Source: Tubiluchus corallicola
Lineage: Eukaryota; Animalia; Priapulida
Reading direction: 5' to 3'
NCBI GenBank assembly: GCA_030141605.1
Contig: JAQGDQ010000795.1
Coordinates: forward strand, 31,027 to 95,026
Length of the DNA: 64,000 bases
The notes beneath the pieces were generated by a model that saw nothing but the letters and a program-made list of their open reading frames with translations, made no database searches and was not told the origin of the DNA. The translations under genes were made by a program, and so were the position numbers. Numbering within the stretch: position 1 is the stretch's first letter; every line of letters starts with the position of its first letter. Positions 26,101 through 38,799 of this stretch are shown here, piece by piece.

Positions 26101-29100
26101 GGAACCGTTGTTTTTTACCAAACGGCATCTTTTGTTGTACGCGACAGTGCGAGTGGCACTGTGATTTCGTAAATACCGTTCAGTAAGGGTGAGCATCGAA
26201 CGCTCGAATTCGATTCGAACGAGTTTTTCAGTTCGAACTCGATTCGAATCCAAAACTATAGATTCGAATAATTCAGCACTTCAATCACACATGTTCTTTA
26301 TCACTAAAACGATTGAAACATCATGCAATTAGCATAATTTAGCTGTGATTTCTGTGCACAATTTTAAACAAATTACTAGTCGTTTTATTGCAGAACAAAA
26401 TCGAGTGATATGCATGATCTTTGTAAGACTAATTTTTACTGGTGGTTCGAAAACTTGTTCGAAAATCTTTCAGTCTCAATTCGAATTCGCATCGAATTCG
26501 AAACACTGAAGTTCAGTTCGATTCGAATTCGAAAGTCACAAATTCGGTTCGATTCGAATTCACTTTCTGGTAGAGAATGCTCACCCCTACCGTTCAGTAG
26601 TGGTTTCACGGTCACGAAATTTCTAAATGATTTCTGTGGTTTTCTAACCCCCCTTTTTGGATAATTGTTCGGCATTAAGTTTTCCCGTTGGACTCAAGTT
26701 TGCACGTTTTGCCATTCTAGTTCAACTCAAATAACATCAGGGCGATTCTCAGTCACTTTCATGAGCATATGGAATGGTTTCACGGTGATATAGGCAGGGA
26801 GGAGGCTGAAGAACGATTACACCAGGACGGTTTAGAAAATGGTCTCTTTCTGTGAGTCTCGGTTTTAATGCCTTATTTGATACATTGTTCTTATGATTGA
26901 CTTTCTTACTACATGCCATTTATTACCTGCGCGCATATCACTGTTCCAGAACAGCTGTACAGAGATGATAAATTAGTGTTTACAGCTGGTTGTCATGACG
27001 ATATACAGTGGTGGCTCCTGTATAGGTACGGTGGAACTGAAGCACCCCCTATTTTCATTCAATATTATTTATGATATTCAAATAATAAATCCATAATATT
27101 CAATAGTCTTTTTTCTTTAGTTTTTTCTTTATAATTGCATGGCACCAGAGCACGTGAGGGTTGTATTGTTTGCTTCACAGCCCAGCACAGTGGTGTGTTT
27201 GGTTGTTAAATGCATGAGCCAATGTGTACATGCCTGAGTTAATACGCTGTACACTGCGCTGCTAGCGCCTGCTGCTAGGTAGAGAAAGTGCTGTCGCTCA
27301 CAATCACAACATTAAAATTACATGTGTTTGTGTCGTTTTACACCAGCACCCACACAGCAGGCCGCAATCTTACTAGATTCACTGAGCTGCGCGTAGCTTT
27401 GAAAGTTTAACGAAATTTGAGTATTCGAAGTAATTATTATTTAATCTAAGCTTTGATTTAAAATGAGCTATTGTAGTTTTCAATATTTTAGGGCATTCCT
27501 TATTCTAAACTCGTGTTTACACAATTATCTGGTTTCCCTCAGTAATAATACCAGCATTTGAATCGCTTTCGAAATATACTTGCACGAGGATATTTTTACG
27601 GGAAGTATATTTTATCCTGATTTACTGATGTAACTACAGTAAACTCCGCATAATTCAAGTCCAGCTGGACTGAAAAAAACTTTAGGTTAGGGGTGATATT
27701 TTGAGTTAGGCAGTATTGGCCATTTTCCAGCATAGACACTCTAAACCCCTCCTCCAGATGGCGAGCTAAATAGAAGGCAGAAAGTCAACCCTTCTGTGCA
27801 TAAACAAGGAGATTTGATGACACTTGTAGTGTTGGGGGGTAAAAATTTTCCCGGAAGACCATACTGTTTTTGAGTTGTACGAAACTTTTTGTTTTTCTAA
27901 ATTGCATTTTTTAGTTAGGCGAAGTGAATTACACGTATTTTGATTAAATGGATCATAACTTTTTATTTGAGTTAGGTGAAAGTTTCAGTTATATGTTTAA
28001 AGTGAAGCAATGTTTTATGAGGGAAAAACAATAGATTTCGTTGTTTCAGATAGGCGAAAATTTGAGCTATGCTATTTTCAGTTACCCATAGTTTACAGTA
28101 ATAATTTTTTATTTGAGTTAGGGAAGATTTGTAGTTAAGCCGTGGTTTTTTTATGGAAAAAACGAAGGATTTCAATCCATTGCACTGAAATTGTTTGAGT
28201 TACGCAAAAAATTGAATAAATTGACTTTGAGAGACACATAATTTACTGTATTACTATTTATATATACATACATATATAAAATAATCTTTATTTGCTATAA
28301 AAAAATTGATATTCATAACTATAAAACATAAAAGAACATCGCAACATGATTATAAAATTCACACAACTGTTAAAGGCAAATGCGTCATGTGCAAACTAAA
28401 AACTACTGTGCCAAAAATTTAAAACAAAATATACATTATAATGTTACACGAAAATTATAATAGACTATATACTACATATACATGGATGTGAGTAAATATA
28501 CAATATATACATACAAATTAAAATGGATGTGGGTAAAAGAAATTTGCGGATGAATATATATTATCGTTTACGTATGTACGGTTTTCAAAACGATTTAATG
28601 TATGTATTTTACTGTACTTCCTGTATCAGGAAGAATTGATGTACTTTTGGTTCTCTACTTTCGTCAGGTTAAACTGCTTGTTCTTAAACCAGTTAGGGTG
28701 TCTTAAATCAACCTAGAGTCACACTTTCTTCATTTCGGCAGATGATTTCTCCAGAAAGTGCTACAGAAAAGATTTCGTCCCTTTTCAGGGTGAGGCAGAA
28801 ACGCGAGGACGCGTTCGTTTTGACGATGGCTTACGGCACTGACGTCCGGCATTACAAAATTGAAAAATCTGATGCCGGATTCTCGCTGGAAAACTCGGCT
28901 TCGGTCTGCGAGGCTCTTGTCTTGGTAACCATTTTTAATCTGTGCTTAATTACTAACAAGTGCACAACTTGTTTGTTACTAAGATGCTAATTTATTAAGA
29001 AGTAGTATTTTTGTGATTTTTTTGTTAGCTAGTGCTGCATTGCATCTAATAGTCATTGTGGGAGTTTAGATTTACAAGTTTTGTACAGAGATACTGCTAA

Positions 29101-32100
29101 CGTAAGCTCCGTATGCAATAAGATATCACGACATTAATGGTTTTTGCACTTATTTTAATAAATCAAGTCGAAAATGTAAGTGATAAGTAATTTTAGAGCA
29201 AATTTTTTAAGCTTTAACTCTTTCACTACATAATTGCTTTTTAACACGGCCACATTGACTTTTGCATATTTGACAATAATGTCTTGTGGTGTGTTACTAA
29301 AACAGAATCTTGTAAATAAACAAATAGTTGTTCGTTATTGACACAAATGCGAGCACACTTGCACACGCAGACACACACACACACACACACACACGTGCGT
29401 GTGCGCACACGAGCCGACTGTGTCACCTTCCGTAGTTAAAGGGTTAAGCAGAGTAGGTTCTTCATTTACTTATAACATGTCTGTGCTCAAGGTGTATTGT
29501 ATTTTTCCAGCTGATAGACTTCTACTATCATAGTCAAGAAGGCCTGAGATGTCAACTGACGAGAGGTTGTTCTAAATATAGTGAGTAGTTTTTAATTTTA
29601 GTGGTCTGATTGTAGCAGCAGCGAGGCGAAGCTCAGTTGCGACAAAATTGCAAAATGTGCTGTTGCGTGTTGCATGAACTTTCAATTTAATCGTAAAGTA
29701 CGGTGAATACCTCGAGATACGAAATTAATTCATTTCGTTGGGGCTTTCGTATATGTGAATGGTGTAATTTGTTCCAACACCCCCCACCCCGAAAACAGTC
29801 ATATAAAGTGTAAATATTGTACCCACCCGAAAAGAATATGTTCGTTAATGAAGGGTTACGCTCATACTTCCTTGAGATAGCAGTTAAATGCATGCCACTT
29901 TCATATTTAGCTATAATTTCATGCTTCGTTTCCGTCGACATCATCTTTTTCTTCTTATCACTATCACTGCCACTTGCTTTTTTCGGACCCATGGTTACTG
30001 GATGCAAATTAACACAAATTTACTAGAAATACACGGCACGAAGACACAAGACAATGGACGGGAGCTTTTTGGTACGGTGTGTGAGAGCAAGGTGATGCTG
30101 TGATGTAGCATCATTCACGTGATGCTACGAAATGCATTCTGGGAGGACGGCTGTCGGGCGGCACTTGCAATTTTCGTTTTCGCATCTTGAATATTTTTCC
30201 TTTAAATGGGACGGAAATTTATTCGTATTCTGAATTCTTCGTATAATAGGGTTTTCATAAGTCGAGGTTCCACTGTATTGTATTATGGGCCATTTCCAGC
30301 ACGGAATTTTTATCAAATCCCCCTACTCCGCTTTCTCGTTTATCCGCATCCGCAAAATCCACGGATTGAGTGAAATTCCAATGTCCGCAATATATCTGCA
30401 AAAAATGTTGGCAACAAATTAGCTAGGCTTGCTATGTGTGCCCTATCGTTAAAAAATATTTTTTTGTATGAAGCTGGGAGCTATAATGGCAAATCGCGGA
30501 ATTCCGAGTTTTTGGAAGACCAGTAGGGACAATTTTGTAAATCGTGTAAATTTGTTGAGAAAATTTTTACGGACCCAGTACATTATTTCACAAGCTGACC
30601 ACTAGTTGGCAGGCCGTCACTTTGTTTACATCACGTACATCAATGTAACTACGTGTAGATCTCTATGTAATAAAATTATAGAATCAATTGTGCAGAGTTA
30701 TTTGAATCAATTGCAGACAGTTTTTATATACTTTTGCATAAAGGAGCGGCCAGTACTTAGGCGTTTTTGAGACAATTAGGTATCATGCATCCTTGATAGT
30801 TGCGTATTTTAAATTATGCATGAAACAAGGTAACTGATATTTTAAGTCCACTTAGAGGCTCTCTATGATCACAAAATTGCAATTTTTTGCTGGCTTCAAG
30901 GGGGTTTCGCCTTGGACCCCTTGAACCCCAATGGGGCTACGCGGCCTCCAAACCCCCGGCCTGTTTCAGAGTTTTTTTGCAATTTGTCATTCTCATCCCT
31001 ATCGGGAAGCGGTGAAAAAGCAGGAGGTGATGAGGATGTTAAATTAAAGTGGTGATGAAAGGCATTTAGTGTGGCAACAAACCTCACAGTGGACGTCACA
31101 ACATTCTACTAGCATTTTCAATGTTTACAAATGTTTAGAAAAAGTAAAAATTGGAGTGCAGTGCTACTGTAAACCATTCAGTGTGGTATATAAAAAATTG
31201 GCAAATTTTAGGCTTAAAAATTCAAGTTTTAAGTCTATCTGCAGTGCTCACGCATGAGCTCTCAGACGTGTGTGCCACATCACAACTGAACACGTCTGAA
31301 CTGAGAGGTATAGCACCTGTTTTTGTGCACCACATTTCCGAGATGCGAGTGCTAGTGACCGTCTATCTAGCGAATAGTGAAATGTATGTAACAGCAAAGA
31401 ACTAGTGGCGCAAACATGAAATTGTGTTTGTGTGGTAATAATTCTTTCATGCAAGTCAAATGTGAAAAATTGCTCCATTTCGTGAGCTATGGTATAAGAT
31501 TGAGTCTGGTTTTTCTTCAAGCATTTATAGCATCACATTCTTTTCTTCACACATTTAATAACTTTATTACCAAGGGGAACCCTGCAAAAATCAGCTGTAA
31601 ATTCCATGTGGTTTTGTCAGCGGAAGTGTGTTTTAACCGGACGTGAAATAATTTATTGTTGGTTTGCTGTAATAAGTGAACTTGAATTGAAGCAAACAAG
31701 TATCGGTAAATATGCCAACCATTAGCAAAACTTTGTAATGCAAACTTTCCAGACTGATAGGGTTGCAAAAATCTGATACGACGTGGCTTGTGGGTTAACA
31801 TTTATCTATTTTGCACATAGAAACTTAGACCCGTGAGCTTAAAGCAAGCATTTGTGATATGAACAGGTGCAAAGTTTGAATCCTAACGGCAGTGGCACCA
31901 GCAAAGGTGAGCGGAGTTGTGACTCCGGATTTTAAAATCCTCCATGATCCACAAAAAAAACAAATGCATATAAAAGATTACTAAACCATTTGAAAGCCTT
32001 GCTAGACTATAAGATGGGGTGTGTGCGTGTGTGCATGCACGCGCGCATGTGTGTGTGCGTGTGTGTGAGCACGAGCGTGAAAATGTATGCATATAAAAGA

Positions 32101-32139
32101 TTACTAAAATATTTGAAAACTTTGCTAGACTATAAGATG

Positions 32140-32185
<46 letters not shown>

Positions 32186-33040
32186 ATGTGTGCATGCGTG
32201 CGCATGCATGTGTGTGTGTGTGAGCACGCGCGTGAAAATGTATGCATATAAAAGATCACTAAACCATTTGAAAGCATTGCTAGACTATAAGATGGGGTGT
32301 GTGTGTGCGCGTGTGTGCATGTGTGTGAGCACGAGCGTGAAAATGTATGTATGAGAGAAAGAGAGTAAAGATTGCCTGTAGTTTTATCGTAGTGCATTGT
32401 GTGTTTGTAGTTGATGTTTCATAGTTTTAAATTTCTAGTTGCGCTTATAGGTTAGCTTGCACCAGATGCATTTGCCAAGAACAGCTCATTGCACTGTAAT
32501 GCACTGTTAATTAGTCATTTTATAACTTTTATTTTTGTATTGTGCTAAATGGATGAATAAATCAATCAAGATCTAAACAGTGTACCCCCCACCCCCCTAC
32601 TACTACTACTACTACTCTCTGCTGCTGCTTACTACTACTACTCTCCCCCACACACCCCCTGCTACTACTATTACTACTGCTACTGCTCCTGCTCCTGCTG
32701 CTGATACTGCTCCTGCTCCTGCTGCTGATACTGCTCCTGCTCCTGCTGCTGATACTGCTCCTGCTGCTGATACTGCTCCTGTCCTGCTGCTGATACTGCT
32801 CCTGCTGCTCCTGCTGCTGCTCCTGCTGCTGCTCCTGCTGCTGCTCCTGCTCCTGCTCCGCTCCTGCTGCTGCTCCTGCTCCTGCTGCTCTCTGCTGCTC
32901 TCTCTGCTGCTGCTCCTGCTGCTGCTGCTGCTGTCCTGCTCCTGCTGCTGCTGTTCCTGCTCCTGCTCCTGCTGCTACTGCTCCTGCTCCTGCTGCTACT
33001 CCTGCTGCTGCTGCTCCTGCTGCTGCTCCTGCTGCTACTG

Positions 33041-33089
<49 letters not shown>

Positions 33090-33163
33090 TGCTCCTGCTC
33101 CTGCTGCTGATACTGCTACTGCTGCTGCTCCTGCTGCTGCTGCTGCTACTGTTGCTGCTGCTG

Positions 33164-33200
<37 letters not shown>

Positions 33201-33465
33201 TGCTCTGCTGCTGTCTGCTCCTGCTGCTGTCTGCTCTGCTGCTGCTCTGCTCCTGCTGCTGTCTGCTGCTGCTGCTCCTGCTGCTGCTGTTGCTGCTATT
33301 GCTGCTCCTGCTGTGGCTGCTATTGCTGTTGCTGCTGCCGCTGCTCCTGCTGCTGCTGCTGCTGCTCTGCTGCTGCTCCTGCTCCTGCTGCTGCTGCTGC
33401 TGCTGCTGCTGTCTGCTGCTGCTGCTGCTCTCTGCTGCTGCTCTGCTGCTGCTGCTCTGCTGCTG

Positions 33466-33517
<52 letters not shown>

Positions 33518-36500
33518 TGTCTGCTCTGCTCCTGCTGCTGTCTGCTCCTGCTGCTGATACTGCTCCTGCTGCTCCTGCTGCTCCTGCTCCTGCTGCTCCT
33601 GCTGCTGCTGCTGCTCCTGCTGCTCCAGCTGCTGCTCCAGCTGCTGCTCCTCCTGCTGCTGCTCCTGCTGCTGCTCCTGCTGTTGCTGCTGCTGCTGCTG
33701 CTGCTGCTGATACTGCTCCTGCTCCTGCTCTTGCTCCTGATACTGCTCCTGCTGCTGCTGCTCCTGCTGCTGCTCCTGCTGCTGCTCCTGCTCCTGCTGC
33801 TGCTGCTCCTGCTGCTGATACTGCTCCTGCTGCTGCTCCTGCTGCTGCTCCTGCTGCTGCTCCTGCTCCTGCTGCTGCTCCTGCTCCTGCTGCTGATACT
33901 GCTCCTGCTGCTGATACTGCTGCTGCTCCTGCTGCTGCTGCTGCTACTGCTCCTGCTATTGCTCCTGCTCCTGCTGCTGCTGCTCCTGCTCCTGCTGCTG
34001 CTGCTCCTGCTGCTGATACTGCTCCTGCTGCTGATACTGCTGCTGCTCTTGCTGCTGCTCCTGCTGCTGATACTGCTCCTGCTGCTGATACTGCTCCTGC
34101 TGCTGATACTGCTGCTGCTCCTGCTCCTGCTGCTGCTGCTGCTACTGCTCCTGCTATTGCTCCTGCTCCTGCTGGTCCTGCTGCTGCTGCTCCTGCTGCT
34201 GCTGCTACTGCTCCTGCTCCTGCTCCTGCTGCTGCTGCTCCTGCTGCTGCTGCTACTGCTCCTGCTGCTGCTCCTGCTCCTGCTGCTGCTGCTCCTGCTC
34301 CTGCTGCTGCTGCTCCTGCTCCTGCTGCTGCTGCTACTGCTCCTGCTCCTGCTCCTGCTACTGCTACTGCTACTACTAAACTACTATCAGAATTTCATTG
34401 CTGAAACTTTCTAACATTTTTCTATTTTCTCAAATATAAGAATAAGCTCAACTTCCCGAGAGACTTGACTTTTGCTTTAACTTTTTCCAAGTTTTGAAAC
34501 TGCTTATAAGTGTGCCATATTTGTCTGTTTAAGGTCCGGCAAAAGATGAAGACTACGATGTCATTTACGGGAACCCCTTGCCGTTAGAGAGGAATCGATT
34601 ATCAGTCGGCACCCAGCTTGGTAAAGATTTTTTTTCCTACTATTCAAGCTACTATTAGTTCTATTACTAGAACTATCATTTTAACTATTAAGATAAATAA
34701 CTGTTCGAACTTCAAAACGTATTTATCTGTTTTGAAAACTAATTTTTTAAAGTTGTGTCAGCGTAAGCGTGTCTTTCCAAATGCTGGACAGCATCCTGCT
34801 CGTAGCTGTGTGGTGTAGTAGTTGGTATGGCTGCCCGGAACACACAGGACCTGAGTTCAAACCCCACTGGAGTCCTTAAGCCTTTTAATTTCTTCACTAA
34901 TAATTGAATAGAGAGGTGCCGATAATTGCGCTTTCGGTAAAGTTTCGTTTTCATTAGAAATTATTAAATTTCGTAGCTCCAACTTTCGGTAATTTTCGGT
35001 AGCATTTTTCCGAGATTTAGCAGCATTTATCCATTTTGGTCCGGTTTTGGTTTAATTCAACGTTCCGGGACTGTAAGCAAAGCCATTTTATTCTAGGCAG
35101 AGGAAATTTCGGATTCGTCAAGAAAGGTGTTTACAAGCTGGGAGATGTCCCGGTACCGGTGGCCGTGAAGATGCTGAAGAACAATCAGGGTTCGAACACT
35201 TCGGAGCAAATGCTGTTGGAAGCGGAAGTGATGTCCCACCTCAATCACAAGTACATCATAAGATTATTGGGTACAATTTTTTTACATACAATCCGGCATT
35301 TCAACGGCATGTCCTGCTTAAAGGAAGACCACACGATTGTTTAGACTCACTTTAATTTACTGTCCAAAATATACATTTTCTTGCCTATAAAAGTTAACAA
35401 TTGTTCCTTATACTTGAATAATTAGCTTAGGAAGTTAATTAACGTCCAACAAACACAGCTATTGCTTACGTCAGAAACTAACCACAGTTTGTGCAATGAA
35501 AGCATCTTCCCGTGCGCGTCAAGTACGTTTTAGTTAGGGGTGACTGTTTAAACGCATGATGTCATGAAAAATGGGCTCTGCATCATATGACGTCAGAAAC
35601 TAACACAGCAGTTCATGATTTTGCTTATCATGGTACCACCTTCTATTTGTCGGCCACGTGCATGTGACAAAAAGATGCCACTGCCAATCTTAGTAGATTC
35701 ACTGAGTCGCGCGTAGCTTTGAAAGTTTAACGAAATTTGAGTATCCGAGGTAATTATTATTTAATCTAAGCTTTAATTTAAAATAAGCTATTTTAGTTTT
35801 CAATATTTTAGAGCATTCTTTATTCTGAACTAATGTTTACACAATCATCCGGTTTTCCTTTAAATTGGGTGGCCGGGTCGACACCTGCGACCGATTCATT
35901 ATGAAAGCTATGCCTAAGGCCGGCCACCAAAAAAATTTGTTTTTGTCTTACCTCATAAGCTCAAAACATGTCAGTAGGGAGGGAGAACATTTTTTTAAAG
36001 CTTTGGGAGTGTTTAATGCTGAATCGTTGAATATTTAAAATCAGTTGAAATCAAAGTTTGCTTATTTCCCACTGATTAGCAGTCATGTTTTAAGTTTTTT
36101 CAGTGCACATTTTTTCACGCTTTGTTTTTCAGTTTCGCATTAGTAAATTATCCTATAATTATCGGTTATTGTCTAGTCTCTCTCTTTTGTATTATGAACG
36201 TGTATGTTCTGATAATTATGGTATAAGCGGCAACACTACTCGGCTGTTAATACACTGAATTGGCGGGAAATTCCGTACTTTTTAGCATCCAATACAAAGA
36301 GCATCATACAAAATGGCAACCCCGGCCAAGAGTTGGCTGTGGAAAAACATGGCCGTGTCCTGCATTTCCCAAAAGAACCATGTGATAATGATGATTGCTT
36401 TTTAAATTAAAAAAATACACTTTTTTGACTGCATCAAGTCAGTATGTGAACGTACAGAAAAAATTATAAAATTCCCGACGATAAAAAATATTACCCGGGC

Positions 36501-38749
36501 GATTAGATTTTTATTGTTGGTCTAAGATGAGCTACTGCACTGGCCGAGGCGTCTTTGCTACATTCGGATGTATCATTCCCTAACGATGTAAACAGCCAGA
36601 GTCAGTATGGTGGACGAAATCAGGTCATCCTTCCATTTACTTCCCATTGCAGCAGAAATTAAGAATATGTATTCTTATAAGTTCATATATGTTCATATAA
36701 TTTCTGTGTTGTAATTTTTTGACCGTGTTGTAGGCTCTGTCTGTGTAGTTTTTTTCATTGTAATGTATTGCATTGTTTATGTAATGTTTTGTAACTTGTA
36801 ATTGTAATTTTATGAATTGTAAATCGTCAGTAAGCAAATATATTTTTAGCTTTGGTGACCGAGCACACGCCGTGACCATTCGACTGTTTTTAGCATTGGT
36901 TTGTTTGCTTGTTTATGATTGTTTTGATTTTTTGTTTGCAACTCGTGTTAGAAATTTCAGTTAACATTTTCTAATGAGAGAATTCTTTGAAAGCGCTTGT
37001 CTTAAACTGCCACTGAAATTGTCCAAACGAATCACATGAAATAAAAAGTTTTTAAAAATTGTGAGCTTGCAAACCAAAACCATCCATAACCTGGCATAGT
37101 TATTTTATTTATTTATTATTATTATTATCACATTCAGTACAATATAATGACATTAAGCACACAGTGACATCAAAATTGTTACATCTACTGTATTAAATTG
37201 TTATGTGTCATACACTATTGTTATCATAAAAGAATAATTGTACTGCAGTGGGCTAGAGAAGTAAAGGTTTGTGTAAGCCCACTGTCATGTGAACCCGATA
37301 AGAAAGGAATGGATCAGTGAACAAAAAAAAGAACAGGGAAAAAGGTTAGATCACACAGGAAGGGTAGAAGGATGTGTTAGTGGAAATGGTAAGAAGAAAG
37401 ATAGTAGATTGTGTGATGTTGACATCAGCTCTAAAGATTTATCAATGATGCCTTGTTTTGCATAATTTGGTGCTTCAAGTAGAATGCACCAAAAATTGGG
37501 TGAAATGTCAATTTTTTTGTTTATCATAAAAGCAAATGCTAAATATGTTGGATTATTGTATTCTGACAACAAATTATCATGAAAATGATAAAAAATACCA
37601 AACATCTAATTTTATAACCCCGTGCCCATTTTTCATGCAAGAAACTAGTACTGCAATTGCAAAAAACTTATATTTTCACACTCCGAGCGAGTGTAGCTTG
37701 TGGAAGCAGTCATTTTGCTTCGGGTTTTTTCTGCTGCCAAGCCCAGATCTTCGTAAGGAAGAGCCATCTGCTGGATTTAACTGTAACTTCAATGTGCTCT
37801 TGCAAAGTCCATAAAAACAACATTTGTGAGGTTGCTAAGTGTTTTGTAGAAACGCGACAAATACAATGGCTGACTTTAACAGTGATTTTCTCAAGATTAT
37901 GTTTTTCAGTGTGCAGCCTGCACCTCAACTTCAATGTGAGTTATCTCAGCTTAGAAATAACATAGAATGATGAGCTTGGTATCAAAATGATCCTCATGAA
38001 ATGGAGATTCTGGATATGTGAATAACTAGAAAAGCTTAAGTGCCGACTAATGGATGTTTTTGCTGTTCAAGCACACAAGTTAGAAACACGAAATAATTTT
38101 ACAAACCGCTTTTCAGGATACATTGAAGAGACTGACTCCATCATGTTAATTTTGGAGCTGGCTCCTCTCGGACCTCTTAACATCTACCTCAGACGAAACA
38201 GGTGAGCCGTGCTTTTGAACTTGTAGAAATGGACGATGAATTGATAAATGAACACAGGTACTAATGTGATACAAGTGTTTGGAAAGAAGCCACATTTGGT
38301 CAGCAGGCGACAGCTTCAACATGTAGGAACAAGTCCTTGAAAAGCAGATTGGAGACGTTTGCTGAAGTATTTATTCACCAACGAAACGAAACTAAGACAT
38401 TTGATGCAGTTTATCGAAAACGTTCTATGCCAAACTTTACTCTGGTCTTTTATTATGATTTTGTAAAGGGGTGTGAAAGGGTTAAATGCATAAAACACAT
38501 GTATAACTCAGGGAAAATTTATCCTGGTTTTATCGTGAATTTGAGCAAAAGTCTTTGTTCTTATATATTTGTAAGTAAAGTGTGTAGAAAAGCTTGTCAT
38601 TTTTAATACTTTCCTAATAGTGTAATCTAAATAATCCCAGTGATTTAATTCTGTTATTATGGACCTTAATTATTATAAATATTTGTTAAAATGTTTTATA
38701 AGCTGCTTTATGGTGCATGTATTAAGAATATAATTATAATTGACCGTGT

Positions 38750-38799
<50 letters not shown>

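Larger units (their letters stand above)
18392..32930 (+). repeat. Right arm of the inverted duplication
   Basis: Reverse complement of 1-14520; identity starts at aacagcaaagtcaacctaca (18392). Confidence 0.98.

Noticed and set aside
31867-31906. Possible small linker exon (aacag|gtgc..aaag|gtgagc)
   Set aside because: In the phase required by exon 5 it contains TAA; weak acceptor
1-32930. Palindrome as a source of sense/antisense SYK dsRNA
   Set aside because: Copies are transcribed outward and yield same-sense RNA; a hairpin needs read-through across the spacer, for which there is no evidence
33152-34414. 420-aa poly-Leu ORF and Cys-rich ORFs
   Set aside because: Alternative frames of a CTG microsatellite
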